Assembly: GCF_001194135.2 (NCBI RefSeq)
Contig: NC_068981.1
Coordinates: forward strand, 12,034,608-12,098,607
Reading direction: 5' to 3'
DNA from: Octopus bimaculoides
Lineage: Eukaryota
Length of the DNA stretch: 64,000 nt
Part shown: positions 48,880 to 60,576 of the stretch, one piece after another
How the letters are laid out: every line of letters starts with the position of its first letter
Numbering within the stretch: position 1 is the first letter of the stretch
Translations under genes and position numbers: made by a program
Notes under the pieces: model-generated
What the model was told of the DNA's origin: nothing
Seen by the model: the letters and a program-made list of their open reading frames with translations, nothing else
Databases searched by the model: none

Positions 48880-50070
48880 GCTACTCCAGGCAGTTACTGC
48901 AGTTACTTGTTATGTTTCTTTTCGTTATATATTTTTGGTAATTTCTGATGGGGAGGCTTTTGTTTTGTGCAGCAATTAAAAATCCTTCAGTCTCTGCTTT
49001 GAGTCCTGAGCTTCTCAACCATTGCTGGGATTTTTCTCTATTTCCTATACATTTATTTTAGCCCAGTATTTGCCATGAAGGGGCTTTTCTTGCCATCATT
49101 TTATCATGGTCCGTTGCTGTTCTAGTTTTAGTTTAGATTTCATTCGTTTTATAGCTTTTGTTTCTTCTCTTCTTCTTCTTCTTCTTCTTCTTCNNNNNNN
49201 NNNNNNNNNNNNNNNNNNNNNNNNNNNNNNNNNNNNNNNNNNNNNNNNNNNNNNNNNNNNNNNNNNNNNNNNNNNNNNNNNNNNNNNNNNNNNNNNNNNN
49301 NNNNNNNNNNNNNNNNNNNNNNNNNNNNNNNNNNNNNNNNNNNNNNNNNNNNNNNNNNNNNNNNNNNNNNNNNNNNNNNNNNNNNNNNNNNNNNNNNNNN
49401 NNNNNNNNNNNNNNNNNNNNNNNNNNNNNNNNNNNNNNNNNNNNNNNNNNNNNNNNNNNNNNNNNNNNNNNNNNNNNNNNNNNNNNNNNNNNNNNNNNNN
49501 NNNNNNNNNTTCTTCTTCTTCTTCTTCTTCTTCTTCTTCTCCTCCTTCTTCTTCTTCTTCTTCTTCTCCTCCTCCTCCTCCTCCTCCTTCTTCTTCTTCC
49601 TCTTCTTCTTCCTCTTCTTCTTCTTTTTCTTCTTCTCCTTCTCCTTATATACCCTTTCTACGTCAGATTTTGGGTGGTGCATCCTAGATCCTGTCATTAT
49701 TTTTCTTGTTTTCCTGTCTATTTTGGTTAGTTCCTTTAGTGTCCAGAGAAGGATATTATAGCTGTAACTTATAACTGGGACGGCTAAAGTGTTAATACCT
49801 ATTATCTTATATTTAGCGTTGAGCGTTGTTTTCAGTATTGATGGAACTCGTCTATAGTATTCTTTATTTAACCTTTCTAGCGTTTAGTTTTAGGTCATCC
49901 ATATATAAAAGGTGGATGATTGTTTTGCCGTAACATTTGTATCCACATCCAGTTCTATGTAGCATGTCAGATAAAGGTGTTAGTGCCAAGCAGAACAGGA
50001 GTGGAGGGAGAGCGTGTCTCCCTGGAATATTCCTCTTCTAATCTGGATGGCTTTGGTTTTCATGAGTCCC
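48880..50070 (-). mobile_element. Second R4/Dong-like RLE element fragment (RT core to pre-CCHC), interrupted by (GAA)n and a gap
   Basis: IRRGIFQGDTLSPLLFCLALTPLS...IHLLYMDDLKL, INTLAVPVISYS...MHHPKSDVERVY and KPLHGKYW...QQWLRSSGLKAETEGFLIAAQ. Confidence 0.9.
49160..49640. repeat. (TTC)/(TCC)n microsatellite spanning an N-gap
   Basis: Directly visible. Confidence 0.95.
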
Positions 50071-50124
50071 TCTTTTATTGTTATTTTTATTATCATCATC
50101 ATTATTATCATTATCATTATTATT

Positions 50125-50678
50125 GAGTGAGAGAGCAGTGCATGCCATCAAAGTGACACTGGGGTAAAATATACGAAGCCCAGTATACCCACCACGACTA
50201 CCCGTCTGATAAGGGTACATCAGGTACATGCATCACAACCATATGTGCGCAACATGGTGATCTCATATCAAGATAAACAGCGCATGAACTCGCAGATGGG
50301 GCCCAGTTAGAATTTTCTTCAGGTCGAGTAGCCCATCCCGCTCAAAAGGTCCCTGAATCATGTTTCTTTAAGGATGTTGAGCAAAACACCCATGTTTCCA
50401 AAGTTGAATTATTCAAACCCCAAAGAATTCCTCTCAATACATGGCCATGATGCTCCCCCACTACTTCTGCTCATGATCAGAGATGCACATATCATCAGCC
50501 ACCAAGGGACATGCTCAACTGGTTCAGGTCAAACAACCGACAAGCAAATTTGTGGTATTGAGCAGAATATTTGCTGTAGCCCATCTTTTATACCAAGACA
50601 AAACAATGTACATGATAACACTTCCAATCAATTACGGTCAGAAGCCATGAGAGCCACTGCCTGGTACTGCATCCGGGC
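50125..50678. mobile_element. Unclassified interspersed repeat, copy 2 (apparently complete), flanked by (ATT)n on both sides
   Basis: Matches 1832-2310 and extends ~75 bp further to ...GCATCCGGGC followed by (ATT)n. Confidence 0.85.
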
Positions 50679-51601
50679 ATTATTATTATTATTAATACAA
50701 TTTCAGCTTCATTACATGTTGAAAGAAATGTAATGACTTAACGTAGTAACAGTGGAGTGAATGGAACTCAGCTATCAGGTGAATTCTATGAAAATTATGA
50801 AGTGGAGCTGAGAACATTATAAATATGTAGAAACATGTAATTTTTCGAAAATTAATTTCATGGTTACATCACATGTTTGAGATATTGAGGCATGAGCTCG
50901 TTCTTCAAAATTTATCTGGTAAATACTCAATCCACATCGGATCATTTAAACGGAGTTGACCTTGATGACATATGACTTCACAATGTAAACTTGTAACTAA
51001 ATATTTCAGTGTACAACCGAGTCTACTAAATTCTGTCCTGTAACTTCTATAAAAAAGAGCTTTATGAAAGTCATTTATACTGAACTTAAATTTTGATTTC
51101 ATTAAAGAACTGAAGGCATACATTTCATAAAGGAACACTCATAATTTGATAGTTATCCACCAGGGATAGAAGCATACTTTTTCTCCATATGTAAACAAAA
51201 TGTTGGCGTTTAAAAGTACTTTGTAAGACAGATGCATCTGTGCACGAATATTTACCAAAATTAAAACACGGAATACGAAGGCCATACATATTTATGATCC
51301 ATTTCATAATAATATTGAATGTTTTTGACAGGAGTGATGCACACTGTTGAAAAAGGGGGTAGTTAATAAATATACATAAAGATTTATATACCGGAAACGT
51401 AGCGTAGAATCATTATACTGTATTCATTATTTATGCATTTTTATGTCAAATGTTTTAAAGTTATATTTTGTCTGTTGGATGAATTATATGTGTCTCAATA
51501 ATTCTATGAAAAATGAATAACAGCTGTCAAATCAAATACAACCTGGGAACATAATTTTGCTAAATAGATTTTAGAAGATAGTCTATACATGCATACTCAA
51601 G

Positions 51602-51655
<54 letters not shown>

Positions 51656-53091
51656 CTTGCATATACAAGATGAATATTTGCATACACACATATGTAAATG
51701 TGTGTGACTGTAGGTAGCTATGTGCATATATATATTATATANNNNNNNNNNNNNNNNNNNNNNNNNNNNNNNNNNNNNNNNNNNNNNNNNNNNNNNNNNN
51801 NNNNNNNNNNNNNNNNNNNNNNNNNNNNNNNNNNNNNNNNNNNNNNNNNNNNNNNNNNNNNNNNNNNNNNNNNNNNNNNNNNNNNNNNNNNNNNNNNNNN
51901 NNNNNNNNNNNNNNNNNNNNNNNNNNNNNNNNNNNNNNNNNNNNNNNNNNNNNNNNNNNNNNNNNNNNNNNNNNNNNNNNNNNNNNNNNNNNNNNNNNNN
52001 NNNNNNNNNNNNNNNNNNNNNNNNNNNNNNNNNNNNNNNNNNNNNNNNNNNNNNNNNNNNNNNNNNNNNNNNNNNNNNNNNNNNNNNNNNNNNNNNNNNN
52101 NNNNNNNNNNNNNNNNNNNNNNNNNNNNNNNNNNNNNNNNNNNNNNNNNNNNNNNNNNNNNNNNNNNNNNNNNNNNNNNNNNNNNNNNNNNNNNNNNNNN
52201 NNNNNNNNNNNNNNNNNNNNNNNNNNNNNNNNNNNNNNNNNNNNNNNNNNNNNNNNNNNNNNNNNNNNNNNNNNNNNNNNNNNNNNNNNNNNNNNNNNNN
52301 NNNNNNNNNNNNNNNNNNNNNNNNNNNNNNNNNNNNNNNNNNNNNNNNNNNNNNNNNNNNNNNNNNNNNNNNNNNNNNNNNNNNNNNNNNNNNNNNNNNN
52401 NNNNNNNNNNNNNNNNNTTTTCAATTGCTATGTTTCATACGTCAATTTTTCTTTGAAGCCATAATTACGATTACTAAATAGCTGCAGGATTTCATTAAAC
52501 CTCTATTACGAAAGAAAAAAAGATTAACATGTATTCAGTAGTATTTGCGAAACTTTCATCAGGATTATATTGCATATTGATAACTAGCTACATTATGTTA
52601 ATTTTATGATATAGTAATATTTTATAAACTTAATGGAGATGAGCGAAATATTTAAAAAATTTAACATTTCTTGTATCCGTTTCTTTTAACATTTCTTAGA
52701 ATGTGAAGCATGATATCAATAAACAGAGATATTACAAAATCCTTCTTTAATTGCATTACTAAAAGACGTGCGATATTAAAATTGCCAGTTAGTTTTCATG
52801 AGACTACTGGTGCTGTTTAGGAAAACATCTCCGAAGAGAGCATTCAGTACTTCATATAGAATATGTATTTCTACTTGAGCAGTTAAGGCTTCGAAAGGTT
52901 ATTACTTTGAGAGTCATTGAGACATAGGAACGTGACTAAATATTTTGGATAATGGCGAGAGCCGGATTGAGTGCTAATGTACACACACATACACATCCAG
53001 AGACACACTGTTACACGCTTACATATTACAGTGCATTACATGTGAGTGTATATTCAAGCGCTATATATATGTATGTATTATGTATGTGTGC

Positions 53092-53133
<42 letters not shown>

Positions 53134-54631
53134 NNNNNNNNNNNNNNNNNNNNNNNNNNNNNNNNNNNNNNNNNNNNNNNNNNNNNNNNNNNNNNNNNNN
53201 NNNNNNNNNNNNNNNNNNNNNNNNNNNNNNNNNNNNNNNNNNNNNNNNNNNNNNNNNNNNNNNNNNNNNNNNNNNNNNNNNNNNNNNNNNNNNNNNNNNN
53301 NNNNNNNNNNNNNNNNNNNNNNNNNNNNNNNNNNNNNNNNNNNNNNNNNNNNNNNNNNNNNNNNNNNNNNNNNNNNNNNNNNNNNNNNNNNNNNNNNNNN
53401 NNNNNNNNNNNNNNNNNNNNNNNNNNNNNNNNNNNNNNNNNNNNNNNNNNNNNNNNNNNNNNNNNNNNNNNNNNNNNNNNNNNNNNNNNNNNNNNNNNNN
53501 NNNNNNNNNNNNNNNNNNNNNNNNNNNNNNNNNNNNNNNNNNNNNNNNNNNNNNNNNNNNNNNNNNNNNNNNNNNNNNNNNNNNNNNNNNNNNNNNNNNN
53601 NNNNNNNNNNNNNNNNNNNNNNNNNNNNNNNNNNNNNNNNNNNNNNNNNNNNNNNNNNNNNNNNNNNNNNNNNNNNNNNNNNNNNNNNNNNNNNNNNNNN
53701 NNNNNNNNNNNNNNNNNNNNNNNNNNNNNNNNNNNNNNNNNNNNNNNNNNNNNNNNNNNNNNNNNNNNNNNNNNNNNNNNNNNNNNNNNNNNNNNNNNNN
53801 NNNNNNNNNNNNNNNNNNNNNNNNNNNNNNNNNNNNNNNNNNNNNNNNNTATATATATATATATATACATACACATACCCGTTAGCTCTCCATTCTTATT
53901 TTTATGCCATATTTTACTGCACATATAGAAGTGCATACACATTGATATGTCTGTCTTTTTTTCTCTTTCGTCTCTCTTACTATTATTATTACTGTTATTT
54001 GTTCCCCATTTAAAATTTTGAAATTTGCTTGCAAATATCCGATTTTTTTTCCATATTACCCCACCTGTATTCTACCTTATTGTATCTTATTTTACTTTAT
54101 TTTATTAAACCTTTTTTGATGTCCTTACAAACCTTCTTCACAGTGATGAAAATGACAATGCGTAAATTTAATTATAATTACTATGGTTATAATTTTTCTT
54201 ACATGTGTGTATTGTCCTATCAAATGCGCTTATGCATTGAATCCTATTGTGTATAAAATCTAATTTTGATTCAACATCTTTTTCTCCTCCATTTTTCTAT
54301 AATTGTTGATGTTTTTTTATACACATAACGATAATTTTCAACTACTATTTTCATATTCTTATTACATACTATAGCTGTTTTTTTTTTATGAATATGCTGA
54401 ATATTTATTATAAATCATTCTTTCTCTCTTTTTGTACCTTTCAAAAAGTTTGAACTGTTTTTTGAAGTTATCTCTTCCAATATATATACATATATATATA
54501 CATACATATATATATANNNNNNNNNNNNNNNNNNNNNNNNNNNNNNNNNNNNNNNNNNNNNNNNNNNNNNNNNNNNNNNNNNNNNNNNNNNNNNNNNNNN
54601 NNNNNNNNNNNNATAATAATATTAGGGACAA

Positions 54632-54678
<47 letters not shown>

Positions 54679-54679
54679 G

Positions 54680-55150
54680 TGCTAGAAAGAAGTTAGATAA
54701 CATTATATGTAATGATACTAGTGGTACACTGCCTTAGATATAGAAACAAGGACGGGAATATGATACAAAGAAATTGTGACAAAGCATACCTATGGAGAAC
54801 TGGCCCGTAAATTTAAGAAAGCTCTGAAGGAGACTAAACTCATCATTAACTTTGTTGAAAAGCCAGGGAAATCCGTCAGATCAGATCTATGTAGGAAGTA
54901 CGGCTTTGAGAATACCATATGCACCAATGATATCTACATGATATGTAGGATTAACACTAGCATTAACTGTAGAACTAGAAATGTAGTTTAGTGCATAAAA
55001 TGTATGGAAGATGCTTGTAAAGTCATAAAGTATGTTTATGTATATATATATGTGTATTTATGTGCTTTTCTGTGTATATTCCACTGATGAAAGCAGAGCA
55101 TTTCTTATGCAGACCCAGAAATCCAAGATCTGGAATTTTCCAGTAATTTT
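54680..55150 (+). mobile_element. PLE remnant: Cys-rich linker plus start of GIY-YIG, then a pLTR-like end with a degenerate HHR core
   Basis: INFVEKPGKSVRSDLCRKYGFENTICTNDI.MICRINTSINCRTRNVV*CIKC...KYVY. CTGATGA at 55084-55090 and GAAA-TCCA(AGATC)TGGA at 55118-55134. Confidence 0.7.
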
Positions 55151-55582
55151 TGCTCGTTTATTTTATCTTCGTCTCGCCCTTTGTGACATACGAATATTTA
55201 TTGTGGTTTAGAGTCAAGATTTGTCTGCTATTTTTCAGCGTGGCGGTATAGTTTAGATACCCTATTATATATAAATATACAGATATATATATATAAGGCA
55301 TATGTGTGTATGCGATTAGTATAGGAAATGTCATGTTATTTGGAGCATGTTGCTTTATACATAAAGCCTTCGCAAAGACATTGAACACCAAAACATAACG
55401 CCAGAAGAAAACAGCATCCCGCGTGTACGTAAACTAGTTAAACATGACAAATATCCTACTGCATATATATATATATATACCGGAGTGAGCACATAAATCT
55501 GCAACAAGGTGGGGGAAAAAGAGTACTCAAATACCAGAGGTAGAATAATATGCTTTATTTAAAAGCCGCAGAAATATAACAA

Positions 55583-55628
55583 AAAACTGTTACCCGGAGT
55601 TTCACGTTCCCGTTCGTCGGTCAGTTTT
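55583..55628 (-). ncRNA. Minimal type I hammerhead ribozyme motif (variant core CCGACGA)
   Basis: AAAACTGA-CCGACGA-ACG(GGAA)CGT-GAAAC-TCCGG-GTA-ACAGTTTT. Predicted cleavage after 55591. Confidence 0.75.
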
Positions 55629-55672
55629 GTTAGGATAAAGCTTATGACGAAGTCACTCATGGTATTCCTAAC

Positions 55673-55718
55673 AAAACTGTCCGATGAACGGGAACTTGAA
55701 ACTCTGAGTAACATTTTT
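55673..55718 (+). ncRNA. Minimal type I hammerhead ribozyme motif (variant core CCGATGA)
   Basis: AAAACTGT-CCGATGA-ACG(GGAA)CTT-GAAAC-TCTGA-GTA-ACATTTTT. Predicted cleavage after 55710. Confidence 0.72.
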
Positions 55719-56073
55719 TTTGTTATATCTCTGTTGCTTTAAATAAATAAATAAATAAATATATNNNNNNNNNNNNNNNNNNNNNNNNNNNNNNNNNNNN
55801 NNNNNNNNNNNNNNNNNNNNNNNNNNNNNNNNNNNNNNNNNNNNNNNNNNNNNNNNNNNNNNNNNNNNNNNNNNNNNNNNNNNNNNNNNNNNNNNNNNNN
55901 NNNNNNNNNNNNNNNNNNNNNNNNNNNNNNNNNNNNNNNNNNNNNNNNNNNNNNNNNNNNNNNNNNNNNNNNNNNNNNNNNNNNNNNNNNNNNNNNNNNN
56001 NNNNNNNNNNNNNNNNNNNNNNNNNNNNNNNNNNNNNNNNNNNNNNNNNNNNNNNNNNNNNNNNNNNNNNNNN

Positions 56074-56117
<44 letters not shown>

Positions 56118-59100
56118 GTATGTATGTATATGTATGTATGTATAAACGCAAGCCTACGTTTGCAAAAGTATGTGTAACACATTCACATATAGATATGTAT
56201 GTGTGAAATATATTCATATAAAAATGAGTTTGTATAAGAATTTTATTTCGTAAATTTAATATAAGCTCTGTTCAAACTTAGTTTAAATTAAATATAACCA
56301 ACAGTTATTTTGGTGACTAAAATAATCTTAGACATAACAAATGAAGTTGTTTTAAGTAATACACTAAATTACTTGTCACACAGTAAATATGTACATAGCA
56401 GTGATACGCTCAGATCAAACGACGTTGTTTTTGAAGGGCATACACATTATTTAATCTCATAAATAATACTGGAGTACCCAACTTCTTTTCATATTGAAAT
56501 TGGTCTTCTCATATGAATATCTTAAGCAGTGGTATGTAAACTTATTTGAGATTTCATTTTATATAACTCAAGATATCGATTGCTTTTACGTTTGTTCAAT
56601 ATGTATAATATATTCGAATATTTACCTTAGAAATATACAGACAAGAAAGAGAAGAAAACAATATTATGATTAAATCTTTGGTAACATTTTTGTTTGTTAT
56701 TTTCTGCAGAAATTATATAGCATAGATATATTCCTGTATACCTCTCACATACAAATATACGAATTATTTAATTTACAGGCGCATTAATTACATTACAGTT
56801 ATTCAATCATCCTTTGTATAGGATGGCAGTATTTGCAGGATATTGGATGCCAAGATTATATTAACATTGTTATATTGGGTTTGTTACGAGACGATACTTT
56901 TTTTCCTGAATCCATGTTGCAAAGTTAATATTTCAGCAAATTTTAGAATGTATACGGATTCGATTTTGAATTAGGTTTCTCATATCGTGTCTCCGATAAT
57001 TACATTTCGCCAAAATGGATAAGGAGAGGACCAACATATACAAGTGAAAACTTCCAAATTATTGAAAAATATAAAGTCAATGAAAAGGAAGACATGTTGG
57101 AAACGAAGCGAAGCTTAAACGATTCATACGATCAAAAGGCCTTCCGAATAAGACGTATAGAAAATCGGGTTCGGTTCTTCTTCTATGAGAAAGAAATTAC
57201 AGGACATTGATAAAAAATATAGCGATTGAGAATAAAACCACGTATATTGGTCCGAAAAACATTTTCTAATATAAGATTCTTAATAAAGAAAAAACAACAA
57301 AACAATAAATAATGCATGCAATTTGGAAGGTTCTAGGTTTGACAAACCACTTGAATCCGTTCGAATAGCTTATCTTTTCTCACGCTATAACAACGTTCAA
57401 TGAATGATATGCAGAAACGAGTTAAGTACTAGATAGATACTGGTTGGAAGAACAATAGTTATTCCTCCTATAAAAAGCATTTGATGTGATCATATATGTA
57501 GGCCTTATAATTTGATTGCAGGACATTTCCAGAAAGGTTAAAGGTTATGCTTTAATATAGGAATATAGTTTGGTTGCCCACGTATAGAATACACACAAAA
57601 AAATAAAGAGTACTAGAAAGAAGTGTATGGCTATGGCGAGCGAGTAGCCAATGGTAGCCAAGGAAATTATTAAGAATAAATGAGCGTGAATAAGACAATC
57701 ATTATCATTCAATGCCGACAGTCCGTTTATGGTTTACCAAACTTTTAGCTGCAAGATATACATGAAGAAGCACCAGTAACAGTCAGGTTAATTGAAAATT
57801 CTCTGTGAAAATAGACAACGTTCCTTTAAATATGAGGCAAAACCTACAGAAAATTAAAACCGACCTATATTTATTCATAAGCCGAGAAGCATGAGAATAT
57901 CCCCGGCCCTCTAATTATGTTCCTTTTTCTGATGTAAAATGATGAAACTGTTGAACAACATAAACTTTATTAATAAATGTTTCCGTTAAATTATACATTA
58001 TTTTCTAACAGGTTAGGCCTTAAAATCATTTACAGGGATCACTATTCTCTCTTGATTCTCTTCTATAATCTATTCATGAATTCTCCCAAAATATAAGCAA
58101 ATAATTATAGTTTGCAACAGTTGTACCACTATTCTTATAGCAAGTTGCAAATTGATTAAAGTTGGTTACATTAACTTCATCCACTAAAGATAAAGACGTA
58201 ATATCAAACCACTTATACATCTCGGTAGAATTGGATCAACCGAATAAAATTCAACAAAACCCTAATGAAGAACTTTAGAAATACTAAGTGTGGGATAAAA
58301 AAAATTTAGACAGCACTGTTTAACAGCATACTGAAAATATACTAAAATGATAAGGAACTAGACATCTAAGATATAATTAATAGCTTCAAGATAATAAAAG
58401 GAAATTCACGATGGTTGAAAAGCTTATGCAGTAAAAAACTGAAGAGACTAGTAAAGCGTCCTCAATCCATAGCACAAACACTCATATGGATTAAACCTTC
58501 TTATCCTAAGCAGAAAACACCAATCTTGACACAAATATTTATATAAAACACAATGAAATTGAAATAATATTTAGAAGAATACAATATCAGCTGATTACTG
58601 TGATAATCTAAGAGGAGTAAAATGAAATATTGTATACATAATAAAATTATACTGCATTAAAAAACTAAACTCAAGAATAAGATTTTCAAATATCTTTAAA
58701 ATGTTTTTAAGCACCACCAACTGACACTATGGTTATCGTTTATGGATTACACTCTGTTGCGAGTAATCCATGAGATACTGCAGAACATGACAGAGAGGAG
58801 ACAAGATTGGCTGAAACCGAAAATGGCATAGTTGATCGGGGTTCAAAGTAGAAACGTATCTGATATTTTTTGCTATCAATAGAATTCCACACATAACTGT
58901 GTAAATAAAATATAGGAACAAAAAGCGTTACGTCATGTGCAGAAAAGAAAAGAAAAGTAGTGTTTTCTCTGCCATCGCTGTCTAAAAGATCCCTACAAAA
59001 TTAGCTTGGAGAGAAATATAACTAAGAAATATGCCATGTTTCAGTGAAGATTTGAGCGCAAAATTTTATGTGCATGTACCAAATGCGCTACATGAAAAAC

Positions 59101-59300
59101 ACAGTGTCATAAATATATCTTGTATGTCTGTTATAGCTATCGACTATACAAATTGACTTACTGTAAATTATAAAGGTCACGAACGAAAGTGTTTGTACTG
59201 TAATCACTCTGATTAAAAATATCGAACAGACTGTATGTCCACATATACAATTACATATTTTCATACACACTCACGTGCACGTTCCACCTCCTATCTCTCA

Positions 59301-59360
<60 letters not shown>

Positions 59361-59577
59361 NNNNNNNNNNNNNNNNNNNNNNNNNNNNNNNNNNNNNNNN
59401 NNNNNNNNNNNNNNNNNNNNNNNNNNNNNNNNNNNNNNNNNNNNNNNNNNNNNNNNNNNNNNNNNNNNNNNNNNNNNNNNNNNNNNNNNNNNNNNNNNNN
59501 NNNNNNNNNNNNNNNNNNNNNNNNNNNNNNNNNNNNNNNNNNNNNNNNNNNNNNNNNNNNNNNNNNNNNNNNNNNNN

Positions 59578-59726
59578 ATATATTTACACAGGTGAGCACG
59601 TAAGTGCAAGTTAAGCTGAAATAATAGTAGAGTAACAAAAGGTTTCATTAATACTGGAAAATGAACACAGAACTGTTACTCGGAGTTTCACGTTCCCGTT
59701 CGACAGACAGTTTTGATTAAAACTGA
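59578..59726 (-). mobile_element. Related PLE-end fragment with a hammerhead motif (core CTGTCGA)
   Basis: AAAACTGT-CTGTCGA-ACG(GGAA)CGT-GAAAC-TCCGA-GTA-ACAGTT at 59714-59671. The flank 59578-59670 resembles 55476-55590. Confidence 0.78.
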
Positions 59727-60509
59727 ATTTAGATTGTTCAGCTACTTGCAATATAATATGATATAATTCAAATACGCGAATTAACATTCAAATTTGATGA
59801 GATGATCGTTTTCAAAACTTAAATGCTAATAGTTGTGTGCTACAAAGGTTTTTGTTTGAAAATTATGTATACAGGCAAATAATGTTTATATATAAGTATA
59901 AATATTATGATGAAACCGAAAGAAAATTGCATGAAAAGGGGAGAGTCCAAAAAGCATAATTAATTAATTTATTGAACATAATTTGTTAATATTAAAGTAG
60001 GATCGCGAGACGGCTGTTAGAAAAATGTGATACAACAATTATATTAAGAGTGATTGTACAGTTTATAAGTACTTCACATATCAACACAAAAAATAAATAC
60101 ACTCACGCTTGCATATACACATATTATATACAAACACGCATACAGATGCACACTTTACTTGTACATATGTGTATATAGGCAATTTGTCGGGAAACGTTGA
60201 AGAGAGTGAAGAGATGCAAGGTAAAGAGGAAAGAAGAAAGAAAGGGGAGAGTGAAGAATGGAAGGGAGGGAGAGTACAAGGAACGTCGAGCAAGGGTTAG
60301 GCTGGAAGCAAGCGAAGGTGGATCCTATGACAGCTGACTTAAGGGTTCGTGCGTCGAACTGATTTTTGTTACATTAAGATTTGGCTTGAAAAGAGGGGAG
60401 AAGGCTAAGAGAAAAGAAAGAAGAGAAGGAATGAACACGTTCCAGTATTTGAATGACAGCAAAATTTTCAGGCGTATAAAATATATACACATACACGTTA
60501 CAAACGTAT

Positions 60510-60576
<67 letters not shown>

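Larger units (their letters stand above)
55480..55764. mobile_element. Fold-back (palindromic) PLE-derived element with a hammerhead motif in each arm
   Basis: Inverted arms 55554-55635 and 55666-55748 with a 30-nt spacer, between (TA)n and a gap. Confidence 0.85.

Noticed and set aside
48847-48880. Minus-strand CTGATGA-GT...AC-GAAA hammerhead-like core near the 5' end of the R4-like element
   Set aside because: The cleavage triplet would be CTG and stem I is only about 2 bp. It is probably coincidental.
57000-58700. A-rich stretch resembling a very old LINE ORF
   Set aside because: No diagnostic RT or endonuclease motif could be read.
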